DNA of 64,000 nucleotides from the NCBI GenBank assembly GCA_964195545.1, contig CAXMQQ010000005.1:278-64277 (forward strand), in the 5' to 3' direction. This DNA comes from an uncultured Acidimicrobiia bacterium (GTDB lineage Bacteria > Actinomycetota > Acidimicrobiia > Spongiisociales > UBA5794). Position numbers and translations under genes: made by a program. A model generated the notes under the pieces. That model was not told where the DNA came from. It was given only the letters and a program-made list of their open reading frames with translations, and ran no database searches. This document shows positions 47,052 through 57,600 of the stretch, piece by piece (the first letter of the stretch is position 1; each line of letters starts with the position of its first letter).

Positions 47052-47960
47052 TCACCGCTGCGGGCTACGCGTGGCGCCCACCTCTATCCCCGACATCTTC
47101 TCAAGCGCCTTCACCAACGCGTGGTTGCCGTCTCCACCGAGGCCTTCGTTCTGGAGTGCCCTGTAGAACTGGAAGACGAGGGCCGTTCCTGGGATCGGAG
47201 ATCCGACGGAGTCGGCGGCCTCAAGGGCGAGCCTCAGATCCTTCTGCTGGAGGTCGATCGTGAATCCTGGACGCCAGTCCCGTTCGATCATCTGGGGGCC
47301 GCGATTCGCCAGCATCCAGGAACCGGCGGCACCACCTTTGACAGCATCGAGCGTGGCTTCGAGATCGAGACCCGCAGCCTGAGCGAAGAGCAGTGCCTCG
47401 GACACGGCAAGCTGATTCACGACAACGAGGATCTGGTTGACGATCTTGACCTGTTGGCCTGCCCCAACCGGACCGACGCGAGTGATCGTTGTCCCAAACG
47501 CTTCCATGTACGGACGGGCCCGCTGCACATCGTCTTCACTCCCACCGACCATGATCGAGAGCGTTCCACTTGCGGCACCTTCGGATCCACCGCTCACCGG
47601 AGCGTCGATCCAGCTACCACCAAGGTTCGCAACCTCTTCGGCGAACCCAACAGTTGCCCCGGGGCTGATTGTCGAGTGGTCGACCACGAGTGACCCCGCA
47701 GACACACCCGCCAGCAGGCCGTCATCGGCGTGTAGGACCGCGTCAACGTCCGGCGTATCCGACACGCAGATCATGACGATCGGACAGAGCCGCCCGACCT
47801 CGGCCGGCGACGATGCCGCAGATGCGCCGGCCGCCACAAGGGGATCCATGCGCGAGGCCGTCCGATTCCACACCACGACAGCATGGCCCTTGTCGATCAG
47901 ATTGGCTGCCATGCCGGCACCCATGATTCCAAGTCCGACGAAACCGATCCGTTCCGACAT
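47052..47960 (-). CDS. NAD(P)-dependent 3-hydroxyisobutyrate dehydrogenase family oxidoreductase
   Basis: IGFVGLGIMGAGMAANL Rossmann N-terminus with beta-hydroxyacid dehydrogenase length. Start re-set to ATG 47960. Confidence 0.85.
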   Translation of the reverse strand: MSERIGFVGLGIMGAGMAANLIDKGHAVVVWNRTASRMDPLVAAGASAASSPAEVGRLCPIVMICVSDTPDVDAVLHADDGLLAGVSAGSLVVDHSTISPGATVGFAEEVANLGGSWIDAPVSGGSEGAASGTLSIMVGGSEDDVQRARPYMEAFGTTITRVGPVGAGQQVKIVNQILVVVNQLAVSEALLFAQAAGLDLEATLDAVKGGAAGSWMLANRGPQMIERDWRPGFTIDLQQKDLRLALEAADSVGSPIPGTALVFQFYRALQNEGLGGDGNHALVKALEKMSGIEVGATRSPQR

Positions 47961-48113
47961 GCTCGCGACCTTCTTCCGCTGTTCTTGCGTCCTAGCCGGG
48001 GACGGTACCGCATCTGGATCGGCAGGAATACCCGTCACAGGAAACCGAACGGGCATAATGGTCGTCGTAGTGATGGTGGCACCGCAACACGGCACATGAT
48101 CAGGGAGAACACA

Positions 48114-49289
48114 ATGGACAGCGCCGACACCGAACCCGTCGAGGAAAAGCCATTCGGAGATCCGAGGCCGGACTTCCACATCTCAATCGGCTGGCAGACC
48201 ATCTGGAAGGTCATTGCGGCGATCCTCGTCACGCTCCTGGCACTTTGGGCTGCCGGCGAGATGTCCTCCCTGCTGTCGATGCTCGCTATCTCCTTCTTCT
48301 TCAGTTTGGCAATGCAGCCGGCGGTCATGTGGCTCGTCGATCGATACGAGTGGAAACGCGGCGCAGCCGTCGGATTGATCTATCTCTCGGGATTCGTGGC
48401 GACGATCCTCATGGTTCTCGTACTCATCCCTGCTGTCGCGGAGCTTGCCGGCGGTATCGGCGAGAAGGGTGGGGGGTGGCTCACCGATGCGAGTCTCTGG
48501 GTCGAGGACACGTTCAATGTCGAGATCTGGACGCCGGGTACCGGTGAGGAGATCGCGCAAGGGACGGAAGAGGCGCTCGTCAGTTGGGCGAAAGGGGCCT
48601 TCGGGAGCGCGCTGGGTATCTTCACCAGTGGGATCGGTTTCATCTTCAACCTGGCGACGATCGCCATGTTCACCTTCTATTTCACCGCCGATGCGCCGCG
48701 CCTGCAACGTTCGATCCTCTCCCACATGAGTCCGGCGAACCAGCGGCGTGTGGGCTGGACCTGGGACGAGGCGATCCGACAGACCGGTGGCTACTTCTAC
48801 TCCCGGATGCTGCTGATGCTGATCAACAGCACAGGGTTCTTCTTCACGATGGTCCTGGTCGGTATGCCGGTCGCGTTCGCGCTTCCTCTCGCGATATTCG
48901 GCGGATTCGTATCGGTCTTCATCCCGGCGATCGGGACGTACATCGGTGGAGCGATTCCCATCATTCTCACCCTCGCTGTCCAGGGTCTGACGGCTGCGCT
49001 CATCGTGCTGGCGTACGTCCTCATCTACCAGCAGGCAGAGAACTACTGGCTGAGTCCGAAGATCAGCTCGAAGACGATGACGCTCAACGGCGCTGTTGCA
49101 TTTGGTGCGGCGCTCGCCGGCGGTGCGATCGCCGGTCCGATGGGGGCGTTCGTGGCTCTCCCGGTCGCGGCGCTGATCATCTCACTCACCTCGAACTTCG
49201 CGAAGAGTTATGAGGTCGTTTACAACCCCGAAGATCTGAAGGAAGCAGTCACAATCGCGGAGGAGGAAGCAACCGACCCCGCCGAATGA
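48114..49289 (+). CDS. AI-2E family (PerM/UPF0118) transporter
   Basis: Polytopic membrane protein of about 390 aa with the UPF0118-like pattern (IPAIGTYIGGAIPI). Start at ATG 48114 after AGGGAGA. Confidence 0.8.
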   Translation: MDSADTEPVEEKPFGDPRPDFHISIGWQTIWKVIAAILVTLLALWAAGEMSSLLSMLAISFFFSLAMQPAVMWLVDRYEWKRGAAVGLIYLSGFVATILMVLVLIPAVAELAGGIGEKGGGWLTDASLWVEDTFNVEIWTPGTGEEIAQGTEEALVSWAKGAFGSALGIFTSGIGFIFNLATIAMFTFYFTADAPRLQRSILSHMSPANQRRVGWTWDEAIRQTGGYFYSRMLLMLINSTGFFFTMVLVGMPVAFALPLAIFGGFVSVFIPAIGTYIGGAIPIILTLAVQGLTAALIVLAYVLIYQQAENYWLSPKISSKTMTLNGAVAFGAALAGGAIAGPMGAFVALPVAALIISLTSNFAKSYEVVYNPEDLKEAVTIAEEEATDPAE

Positions 49290-49298
49290 CCCTGTAGG

Positions 49299-52083
49299 TC
49301 AGTTGGTGGAAGTCTCCCGGGCTCCGACAAGCGCCCGCTGTGGCGCGACGACTGCCTCCAAGGGTTCGGTCCTCGTCGTGCTGTGTCTGCGGACGGCTTT
49401 CTCTGTCTCGATCACTGCTAGCACGACGAGGGCAAGGCCGATCGAAATGAGCCACTCGTAGCCGGTGAGCGACTGGGTCATCAGGAACCGTTGGAGAAGG
49501 CTCCACTCGGTAGCGATCAACGTCAGGGCAGCCGGGATGGCGAGGATGCCGAGTGCCTTGAGGATCGGAGCCGTCAGTCCCGATCCCGGATCCCGACGGA
49601 TCGAGAGACCGCTAAGCAGCGTGCCGATCGACATAACTGCGAACGCCATCGTCATCGAAGCTGTCGCCTCCGTGGCACTCGGCGTGTCGGGACCCAAGAG
49701 CAGTGGTGTGAGAGTCATGAGGAACAGCGCGCTTCCGTAGATGGCCCACCGAACCATCTCCGATCCGTTCGCGAGCACCTTCTTCGGATCGCGCGGGCGT
49801 CGACTCATCAGATCGGAATCGACTCCTCCAATCATGATCACGATCACCGGGGCACTGGCGACCAAGAAGTTGATCCACAGCACCATGATCGGGGTGAGCG
49901 CCACACCGGACGCAATGTTGAAGATGCTCGCTGCCAGGAACAACAGGACAAGCGACAGCAGTTGCGACATCTGGTACCGCACGTAGAGGGCGATCTTCTG
50001 ATAGATGCTTCGGCCCAGTTCGACGGCGTGTACGAGTGTGCCGAAGTTGTCGTCCGTGAGGATCATCTTGGCGGCCTGTTTCGTGACCTCGCTGCCGCTC
50101 CCCATCGCGACGCCGATGTCTGCCTGCTTCAACGCCGCAGCATCGTTAACGGCGTCCCCTGTCATCGCAACGACCAGTCCCTGGCTCTGCATCAGTTGCA
50201 CGAGTCGGAGCTTGTCTTCGGGAGCCACCCGGCCGAACACGTGCAATGCGGGCAGTCGTTCCAAGATCGCCTCGTCGGAGAGGCTGCGGAATTCGACACC
50301 ACTGATCGCGCCTGAACCGAGACCGAGATCCTTCCCGATCGCGAGCGCCGTCGTGGCATGGTCCCCCGTGATCATCCGAACGTCGATGCCGGCATCCGCC
50401 GCAATGCTGACCGCTTCCTTGGCAGAGGGGCGCAGCGGATCGATGATCCCGATGAGCGCACCGAATCGGAGGTTCTCGACGAAGGCCATCGGATCGTTCG
50501 TCGCTGCGGCTTCGTCGCTTTCATCGATGAAGCGTGCTGCGAACGACAGTACGCGAAGACCCTCGCTCGCCATCCGGTTGTTCGCAGCGTTGATCTCCTC
50601 TCGAGCCGAAGCATCGATCGGGGTCGCGGATCCTTCCGGTCCGGCAGCTTCGGTGCAGCGGGCGAGCACGATGTCCGGCGCCCCCTTGACGAGCATCACC
50701 GAACGCGTTTCGCCTCGAATCGGCAGGTGATGGATGGTCGCCATGAACTTATAGGCGGAGTCGAATGGAACCTCGGCTTCTCTCGGGTACATCCGCCGGG
50801 TCTCGACGGCGTTGACGCCGAGCTTGGCTGCCAGCACGACGAGGGCAGCTTCAGTGGGGTCTCCGATTACGGCGCCGTCGTCACCGACCGTCGCGTCGCT
50901 GTCGAGGGCGAGCCCGTACGCGAGGGGCGTCAGGTCCGGTGCCGGAGCACCTGCGACGCCGAGGATCGACCCGTGCTTGTCGTAGCCGACCCCTTCAACC
51001 GTGAGCCATTGTTGGTTGGTGTACACGAGATGCACCATCATCTCGTTCATCGTCAATGTGCCCGTCTTGTCCGTGTTGATCGCACTGGTCGAACCGAGCG
51101 TCTCGACATCGGTGAGGTTCTTGACCACGGCCTTCGCCGCGGCAAGCTGCTTTGAGCCGTATGCGAGCATCGCCTGGACGAAGGTCGGCAACCCCGTCGG
51201 GATTGCGGAGATCGCCATCGCTGTGCCCAGCAGCAACAACTCACTGGTCTCGAGGCCTCGCCCCATCCCGATCACGACGATCACCGCGACAGCACCCCAG
51301 GCGATGAAGCCGAGGATCTTGGTCAGCGAGTCCAGTTCACGCTGGAGCGGTGACCGCTTCCGCTTCACTGACTCGAGCATGGCCGCGATCTGACCCATCT
51401 CGGTCGCCATGCCCGTAGCGGTCACGACGATCGTGCCCGAGCCACGAGTGACCGACGTGTTCTGATACAACATGCACAGCCGATCCCCGAGGCCGATGTC
51501 CTCATCAGGGAGGGCGATCGCATCCTTGGCGATGGGTTGGCTCTCACCGGTGAGTGCCGCCTCCTGCGCCTCGAGCGTCGCGGACCGCAGGATTCGACCG
51601 TCGGCAGGGACGATGTCTCCAGCCTCCAGGTTCACGATGTCTCCCGGCACGAGAGCCGTGGCAGGGAGTAACTCCAGCGTGCCGTCCCTGACGACGCGCG
51701 CTTGGGGAACCTGCATCTGAGCGAGCGCATCGACGGCCGCTTGGGCCGAGAGTTCCTGCCGGGAGCCCATGACAACGTTGAGTAGCACCAGGGCTGCAAC
51801 CAGGATCGCCGTCGAGACCTCTCCGAGTAGGAGGCTGACGAGGGCCACCATCAACAGCATGAGATTCATCGGATCGAGGACTTGGGCAAGAGCGATCTTC
51901 CAGACCGACGGCGGCGCTTCGGCATGGAGTTCATTCGGTCCGTACTCAACGAGACGGCTCTTCGCCTCGGACTCGGAGAGCCCTTCCTCGCGATCAGTCG
52001 ATTGACGCGCGACGGCAACCTCGGGATCCGAGCGAATACCAACGGGTCTTCGAAGCCTCGGGAAGTGTTGTCGAAGTTGTCAT
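49299..52083 (-). CDS. P-type (type II, Ca2+/cation) ATPase with an apparent 1-nt frameshift near codon 18
   Basis: DKTGTLT, TGD, MTGDAVNDAAALK. The longest intact ORF starts at 51869, inside TM1. The conserved N-terminus (EGLSESEAKSRLVEYGPNEL) continues upstream in frame without a start codon. ATG 52083 is in the +1 frame (MTTSTTLPEASKTRWYSL) and joins at about 52028. Confidence 0.8.
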
Positions 52084-52376
52084 CCGAGAAGCCTACCAAC
52101 GGTGGCGGACCCCGACTCAGCGTCCAATTGCAATGGCGCACCCCGACACTCTGCTGACGATCGTCGACCAACTCCCCCGTTGGATCGATGGGGCCGAAGG
52201 TATTCGCCGCCTGAGAATCTTCGCCCTGGAGACGTGAAACGCATCGGGTATCGGAGGGCTCACCGACATCGAGGAGCTGCTCACGGGAACGGGGGAAACC
52301 GTCCTCACCACACAACAGACCGGCATTGCGTTTCGGAACGATAAGGATTGACCACAACAAGAGAGAGGACATCGTC

Positions 52377-53378
52377 ATGGCGTACAACTTGAAGAACCGG
52401 AGTTTCGTCAAAGAACTCGACTTCGCCCCGAAAGAGATAGGGTTCCTCCTCGATCTCTCTGCCGCACTCAAGACGGCGAAATATGCCGGCACGGAGCAGC
52501 CCCAGCTCTCCGGCAAGAACATCGCCCTCCTGTTCGAAAAGACGTCGACACGCACCCGCGCGGCATTCGAAGTCGCAGCATTCGACCAAGGTGCACACGT
52601 CACCTACTTCGATCCATCCGGTTCCCAGATGGGCCACAAAGAGTCCATCGCGGACACAGGCCGAGTCCTGGGACGCATGTACGACGCACTCGAATACCGC
52701 GGTTCACGCCAGGCCGACGTCGAAGAGTTGGCCGCCAGCGCCGGTGTCCCTGTCTACAACGGACTCACCGAAGAATGGCACCCCACCCAGATGCTCGCCG
52801 ACTTCCTCACCATGGGTGAGGCGTCCAGCAAGGCATACGACACCATCTCGTATGCGTTCATGGGTGACCTGCGCTTCAACATGGCACGCTCACACATCGT
52901 GATGGCTGCACTCATGGGATCGGATCTGCGCCTCGGAGGGCCCGCCGAACTCGCACCGCCCGCCGACGTGCTCGACGTGGCGAACAAGATCGCGGAGCGT
53001 ACCGGTGCGACGATCACCGTCACCGAAGACCCCGACGAAGCAGTCCGAGGCGTCGACTTCATCCACACCGACGTATGGGTCTCGATGGGGGAACCGAAGG
53101 ACGTGTGGACCAGCCGGGTCGGATTGTTGAAGCCGTATCAGGTCAACACCGACCTCATGGCCGCGTCCGGCAACGATGCCGTCCAGTTCCTGCACTGTCT
53201 GCCTGGGTTCCACGACACCAACACCGTCGTCGGCAAAGACATTATGGAACACACCAACATGCCAAACGGACTCGAAGTCACCGACGCCGTGTTCGATTCC
53301 CCCGCAAGCATCGTCTTCGACCAAGCAGAGAACCGACTCCACACCATCAAAGCCGTCATGGTCGCCACCCTGACATAG
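52377..53378 (+). CDS. argF: ornithine carbamoyltransferase
   Basis: [13 protein letters not shown] and HCLP motifs. Close resemblance to enterobacterial ArgI/ArgF across the N-terminal half. Start at ATG 52377 after GAGAGAGGA. Confidence 0.92.
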   Translation: MAYNLKNRSFVKELDFAPKEIGFLLDLSAALKTAKYAGTEQPQLSGKNIALLFEKTSTRTRAAFEVAAFDQGAHVTYFDPSGSQMGHKESIADTGRVLGRMYDALEYRGSRQADVEELAASAGVPVYNGLTEEWHPTQMLADFLTMGEASSKAYDTISYAFMGDLRFNMARSHIVMAALMGSDLRLGGPAELAPPADVLDVANKIAERTGATITVTEDPDEAVRGVDFIHTDVWVSMGEPKDVWTSRVGLLKPYQVNTDLMAASGNDAVQFLHCLPGFHDTNTVVGKDIMEHTNMPNGLEVTDAVFDSPASIVFDQAENRLHTIKAVMVATLT

Positions 53379-53461
53379 GAGGCGCCTAAGCGACCCCATA
53401 CGGTGAGGAATATAACGACCGTCTCATCGGTTTCACCGACGCATCTACAACCTGGAGTTTC

Positions 53462-54448
53462 GTGCCGGCTGTAACCGTTGACGACACCCTCGTGCTTCCT
53501 CGCCTCGACATCGAGGCGGTCGGGACACTCGATCGTCCCGTGAAGTCTGTGACGACCGGTCCGACCGGGTTCGAGGGTGAAGGCTTCCCCGTGCGTCGGG
53601 CGTTCGGCGGCGTTGACCTCGCCGATACCGACCCGTTCATCCATCTCGATCAGATGGGTGAGGTTGAGTATGCCCCCGGGGAACCGAAGGGCACGCCCTG
53701 GCATCCGCATCGAGGATTCGAGACTGTCACGTACATGATCGACGGCACCCTCCGTCATCAGGATTCGCACGGCGGTGGCGGCGTGATCACCGATGGGGAT
53801 ACCCAGTGGATGACCGCCGGGTCCGGGATCCTCCACATCGAGGCGCCTCCCGAAGAGCTCGTCGTGAGCGGCGGTCTCTTCCACGGATTCCAGTTGTGGG
53901 TGAACCTCCCGAGCTCCGACAAGTTCCTCGCTCCGAGGTATCAGGATCTTCGTGCAGGGAGTGTGACGTTGCTGACCACGCATGACGGTGGTGTGTTGAT
54001 CAGACTGATCGCCGGCGAATTGGCCGGCCACCAGGGCCCCGGATCGACGCACACGCCGATCACCATGTTCCATGCGACCCTGTCCCCCGGCGCCCGGCTT
54101 CAAGTGCCTTGGCGACAAGACTTCAATGCTCTGGCGTACGTACTGAACGGATCCGGCAGCTTCGGATCACATCGCCGTCCGGCTCGGATGGGGAATCTCG
54201 CCGTCTTCGGATCCGGCGACATGCTCACGATCAGCGCGGACGAGCAGCAGGACGCCCGCAGCCCGAACATGGATGTGTTGGTACTCGGTGGACTCCCCAT
54301 ACGCGAGCCGATCGCGTGGGCGGGCCCATTCGTGATGAACACCCGTGCCGAACTCATCCAGGCCTACGACGACTTCCAGGCCGGCCGCCTTGGCAGCATC
54401 CCTCACGAGGGAATCGGCAACGAAGAGCCGTCGGTCACCGGTAGCTAG
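53462..54448 (+). CDS. pirin family protein
   Basis: HPHRGFETVTYM and WMTAGSGILHIE motifs. GTG start. Confidence 0.88.
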   Translation: MPAVTVDDTLVLPRLDIEAVGTLDRPVKSVTTGPTGFEGEGFPVRRAFGGVDLADTDPFIHLDQMGEVEYAPGEPKGTPWHPHRGFETVTYMIDGTLRHQDSHGGGGVITDGDTQWMTAGSGILHIEAPPEELVVSGGLFHGFQLWVNLPSSDKFLAPRYQDLRAGSVTLLTTHDGGVLIRLIAGELAGHQGPGSTHTPITMFHATLSPGARLQVPWRQDFNALAYVLNGSGSFGSHRRPARMGNLAVFGSGDMLTISADEQQDARSPNMDVLVLGGLPIREPIAWAGPFVMNTRAELIQAYDDFQAGRLGSIPHEGIGNEEPSVTGS

Positions 54449-54488
54449 CAGAGTGCCCGGATAGAGAACGGTGGTGCGCGATTCTCTT

Positions 54489-55532
54489 CCTCCCCCTGAA
54501 GACTCGCGGCGGAATTGGGGTTGGGTCGTGTCTACCCAGGGGGTGGTGTTGGTTGGGGTTAGGTGAGGGTGGCGAGTATCCCGATGGCTTTGGCGGTCTG
54601 GTCGAATGCGGCGGCGGGTCGTCGCCAGTAGGCGAGGACCCGCCAGTGTTTCATCGCCCCGATGGCGTGTTCGACCGGCATCCGGCGCGATGACAAATGA
54701 CGGTTGAAACAGCGATCTGCGTCACTGAGCGGCCCATAGCGGGTCTTGTAGACCGGAGTGACAACATTGTCGGCGCCGAGATCCTTCCACAGTGTTTGAT
54801 ATCCGCGATCGGCGAGCACTACGACCCCGGCGGTGACCGCGACCGACAGCATCGCCATCAATCCTGTCTGGGCACGCAGCATCGCAATGTCATTCGTTCG
54901 GCCGTCCCCAGAAGGGTTCGCCTCAACCCACAACGGACGCCGCGAACTGTCCGACACGACGGTGGCTTTGACGACATGGGCTTTCGTCTTCCCCGACCAG
55001 GCTTGCTTCTGATCCGCCCACAACTCGGGAGACCACCGCCGCACCTCGGTGCCGTCGATCATCACCGGATCGTCACCATGATCCTCAACATAGGCCCCAA
55101 GGTCGTCAAGGCTCCGAATCGGACGGGTCGCACCAGCGGGTTGAAACCCGTGGGCGACAAGGAGTACTTCGACTTCGTCTCGATAACGGCGCACCGAGCG
55201 TTCGTGAACACCGAAGATCCTGCCCGTCGCACGCACAGAGATACCTTGACGCAGCAACGTCAACGCCACCAACAGACGCAACCAAAACGGTTTCGGTGGC
55301 CGACCCGCACCCGGAGCACGCCGACGTCCCGGCCGATCCGCCAGGTCGCGGCGCCGCTGCTCGGCGATCGGTGCCAGCCGGATCAGCAAGTCACCGAACT
55401 GTTCCGGTGTTGTGCCACACAACTCACGAGACGGACCCAACCTGACCACACGGGTAACAGCCATACGCGGAACCTATCCAACCCGAACCCAAAACGCGAG
55501 CATCAAATACGCCGCACCTCTTGAGGGGGAGG
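54489..55532 (-). mobile_element. IS5/Harbinger-like (DDE_Tnp_4) insertion sequence, about 1044 bp
   Basis: Imperfect terminal inverted repeats: left CCTCCCCCTGAAGACTCGCGGCGGAATTG, and right (reverse complement) CCTCCCCCTCAAGAGGTGCGGCGTATTTG. The first 13 of 14 positions match and about 24 of 32 overall. One transposase ORF inside. No clear target-site duplication seen. Confidence 0.6.
54559..55464 (-). CDS. DDE transposase (DDE_Tnp_4 / PIF-Harbinger-like, IS5 family) with N-terminal HTH
   Basis: VMIDGTE...GKTKAHVVK...LADRGY...RMPVEHAIGAMKHWRVL pattern typical of this transposase family. Confidence 0.85.
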   Translation of the reverse strand: MAVTRVVRLGPSRELCGTTPEQFGDLLIRLAPIAEQRRRDLADRPGRRRAPGAGRPPKPFWLRLLVALTLLRQGISVRATGRIFGVHERSVRRYRDEVEVLLVAHGFQPAGATRPIRSLDDLGAYVEDHGDDPVMIDGTEVRRWSPELWADQKQAWSGKTKAHVVKATVVSDSSRRPLWVEANPSGDGRTNDIAMLRAQTGLMAMLSVAVTAGVVVLADRGYQTLWKDLGADNVVTPVYKTRYGPLSDADRCFNRHLSSRRMPVEHAIGAMKHWRVLAYWRRPAAAFDQTAKAIGILATLT

Positions 55533-55997
55533 TGCCGCCCGCAGGGCGGTGGAGGGGGTCAAGGGCTGCAGGTGAAGTGAACCGTCTGACCCCTCCCGTC
55601 AGCGTCTGACGGCTCTGCCACCCTCCCCTGAGAGGCGGGAAGAGGACACCGGATCCCAACCCTCTTTGCCATCGCGAGAGGGACCCCGAAGCGCGAGAAA
55701 GCCACCCGGGAGTCCTGGGAAGGAGGGAGGCGGGTGGCGATCTCGTGCTTGGAGGCTTGACACGAAGTATGCCAGGTCCCCCTGAGAGCAATCTGAAGGG
55801 AACCTGAGAACCAGATGAGAGATCTCGGGATGCTCCGTGGCCAAACGCGACAGAGCGCCAACCGTCTCCCTTGATGAGGGAGAGATCGGGTTGACGCCAC
55901 ACCTAGAGCATCACCTCAGGAGACACAAAGGCGGATGCTTCTGTCGTGCCAACTTGAACATATCGGATCGTCGGATTGTCCCCGACTACCGGCTACG

Positions 55998-56012
55998 CCC
56001 GGCGAAGCCGGG
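55998..56012 (-). terminator. hairpin CCCGGC-TTC-GCCGGG immediately after the catalase stop codon
   Basis: Perfect 6-bp GC stem read on the minus strand, abutting the stop at 56013..56015. Confidence 0.5.
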
Positions 56013-57509
56013 TCACAAGGTGGCTGCCACCAGCTCGTCTTGGCTCAGCGCTGCAAGGCGTGCGACCTCGGCTGTATCGAGGCCGATCGCCTCGGCAACA
56101 CGGGTTCCGAAGTCTGGATCCACCCGGTAGAACAGAGCGGTCTGGCGAAACTGCAACCGCTTCTGCGCTCCACCGAGATGGCCGGCGATGTTGGAGACCA
56201 GGTGATCTCTGTCCGTGTCGTCCATCACATCGGAGTACAACGAACGGGGCTGCTCGTAGTCGTCGTTCGAGTGTGTGTACTCGAACCGGCCGGCCTCACC
56301 CGCAACCGTCACACCCGGCTCTGCTGCCGTGGCGTCGGGGACCGGTCCACCGAAGGAGTTCGGGTAGTAGTTCGGTCCTCCGCCATGGTTGCCATCGGTT
56401 CGCATGGAACCGTCACGCTCATAGGTCTGTGCGACGGTTCCTTTCGGCTGGTTGACCGGGATCAGCGCATGGTTCGTTCCGAGGCGATGGCGGTGCGTAT
56501 CCGGATATGAGAAGAGACGGCCCTGGAGCATCTTGTCTGGAGATGCTGCGACTCCCGGGACGAACGATCCGGGGCTAAACGCAGCCTGCTCGACCTCGGC
56601 GAAGTAGTTCTCCGGATTTCGGTTGAGCACCATCTTGCCGAACGGGATGAGCGGGTAGTCGGCGTGTGGCCAGACCTTCGTAATGTCGAACGGGTCGTAC
56701 CGGTAGTCGGCCGCGTCGGTTTCGTTCATGATCTGCACGTTGACGGTCCACGACGGGTAGTCACCGTCGGCGATCGCTCCGTACAGGTCACCGGTCGCCT
56801 GATCCGGGTCACTGGATGCCAGGGCTGCCGCCTCAGATCCGGTGAGCGTCTCGTTGCCTTGATCGGTCTTGAAGTGGAGTTTGATCCAGTACCGGTTCGT
56901 ATCGGTGTACCAGAGGTACGTGTGACTCGTGTAGCCATTCATGTGACGATACGACTTCGGTGTTCCCCGGTCGGAGAACAGGATCGAGACTTGGTGCAGC
57001 GACTCGGGGGTCAACGACAGGAAGTCCCAGAACATGTCTGGGTCCTTGAGGTTCGTTGCCGGGTTGCGCTTCTGGGTATGGATGAAGTCGGGGAACTTCA
57101 GCGGATCACGGATGAAGAAGACCGGCGTGTTGTTGCCGACCATCTCGTAGTTGCCGTCCTCTGTGTAGAACTTCACGGCGAAGCCACGCGGGTCCCGCTC
57201 GGAGTCGGCCGATCCCTTCTCCCCACCGACGGTGGAGAAGCGAACGAACAGTTCGGTCTGTTTGCCAACCTCTGAGAGGAAAGCGGCTTTCGTGTACTGC
57301 GAGACGTCTGCGGTCACCTCGAAGTAGCCGTAGGCGCCCGCACCTTTCGCATGGACGACTCGCTCCGGGATTCGTTCACGGTCGAAGTGCGCCAGTTTGT
57401 CGAGCAGATGTGTGTCCTGGATCAGGGCGGGCCCGTCGATTCCGGCGGTCACGGTGTTCTGATCGTCGGCGACGGGGCGTCCGAACGTGTTGGTCAGCTT
57501 GTCGGGCAT
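56013..57509 (-). CDS. katA: monofunctional heme catalase
   Basis: [26 protein letters not shown] and [14 protein letters not shown] catalase signatures. 498 aa. Confidence 0.95.
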   Translation of the reverse strand: MPDKLTNTFGRPVADDQNTVTAGIDGPALIQDTHLLDKLAHFDRERIPERVVHAKGAGAYGYFEVTADVSQYTKAAFLSEVGKQTELFVRFSTVGGEKGSADSERDPRGFAVKFYTEDGNYEMVGNNTPVFFIRDPLKFPDFIHTQKRNPATNLKDPDMFWDFLSLTPESLHQVSILFSDRGTPKSYRHMNGYTSHTYLWYTDTNRYWIKLHFKTDQGNETLTGSEAAALASSDPDQATGDLYGAIADGDYPSWTVNVQIMNETDAADYRYDPFDITKVWPHADYPLIPFGKMVLNRNPENYFAEVEQAAFSPGSFVPGVAASPDKMLQGRLFSYPDTHRHRLGTNHALIPVNQPKGTVAQTYERDGSMRTDGNHGGGPNYYPNSFGGPVPDATAAEPGVTVAGEAGRFEYTHSNDDYEQPRSLYSDVMDDTDRDHLVSNIAGHLGGAQKRLQFRQTALFYRVDPDFGTRVAEAIGLDTAEVARLAALSQDELVAATL

Positions 57510-57554
57510 GGGTCCTCCTCGAGCAGGCAGGTGGTCGGAACTGTGGATTGTTTG

Positions 57555-57571
57555 TTTAGACTAGTTCTAAA
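57555..57571. promoter_or_regulatory. putative Fur-family operator TTTAGA-ctagt-TCTAAA in the divergent catalase / fur-like promoter region
   Basis: 6-bp AT-rich inverted repeat with a 5-nt spacer, 30 nt upstream of the regulator start. Confidence 0.5.
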
Positions 57572-57600
57572 GTAGTACGTCTGTCCATCGGAATCGAGCC

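Noticed and set aside
52133-52351. Possible third TGA-containing ORF upstream of ornithine carbamoyltransferase: [74 protein letters not shown].
   Set aside because: GC3 is high across the TGA, which caught my eye. However, I recognise no family, there is no Cys partner or redox motif near the TGA, only a weak 4-bp hairpin lies downstream, and there is no RBS. This is insufficient to call a gene. A homology search is worthwhile only if Sec decoding is confirmed.
52084-52376. Possible metal-sensing (yybP-ykoY or M-box) riboswitch in the 5' region of the P-type ATPase. GGGGAGU is present on the minus strand.
   Set aside because: Only one short consensus fragment is present, and the other conserved segments of those riboswitch classes could not be found by eye.
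55590-55640. Hairpins with C-rich loops, resembling the actinobacterial 6C RNA.
   Set aside because: Only one short (5-bp) stem with a CCCTCCC loop is convincing. The second stem-loop is weak and no terminator follows. It needs a covariance-model scan before any claim.
55782-55812. CTGAGAG...GAACCTGA, reminiscent of the conserved core of TPP riboswitches.
   Set aside because: The rest of the consensus (pyrimidine-sensor helix, GGG...ACCC pairing) is not present. No thiamine-related or same-strand downstream gene follows.
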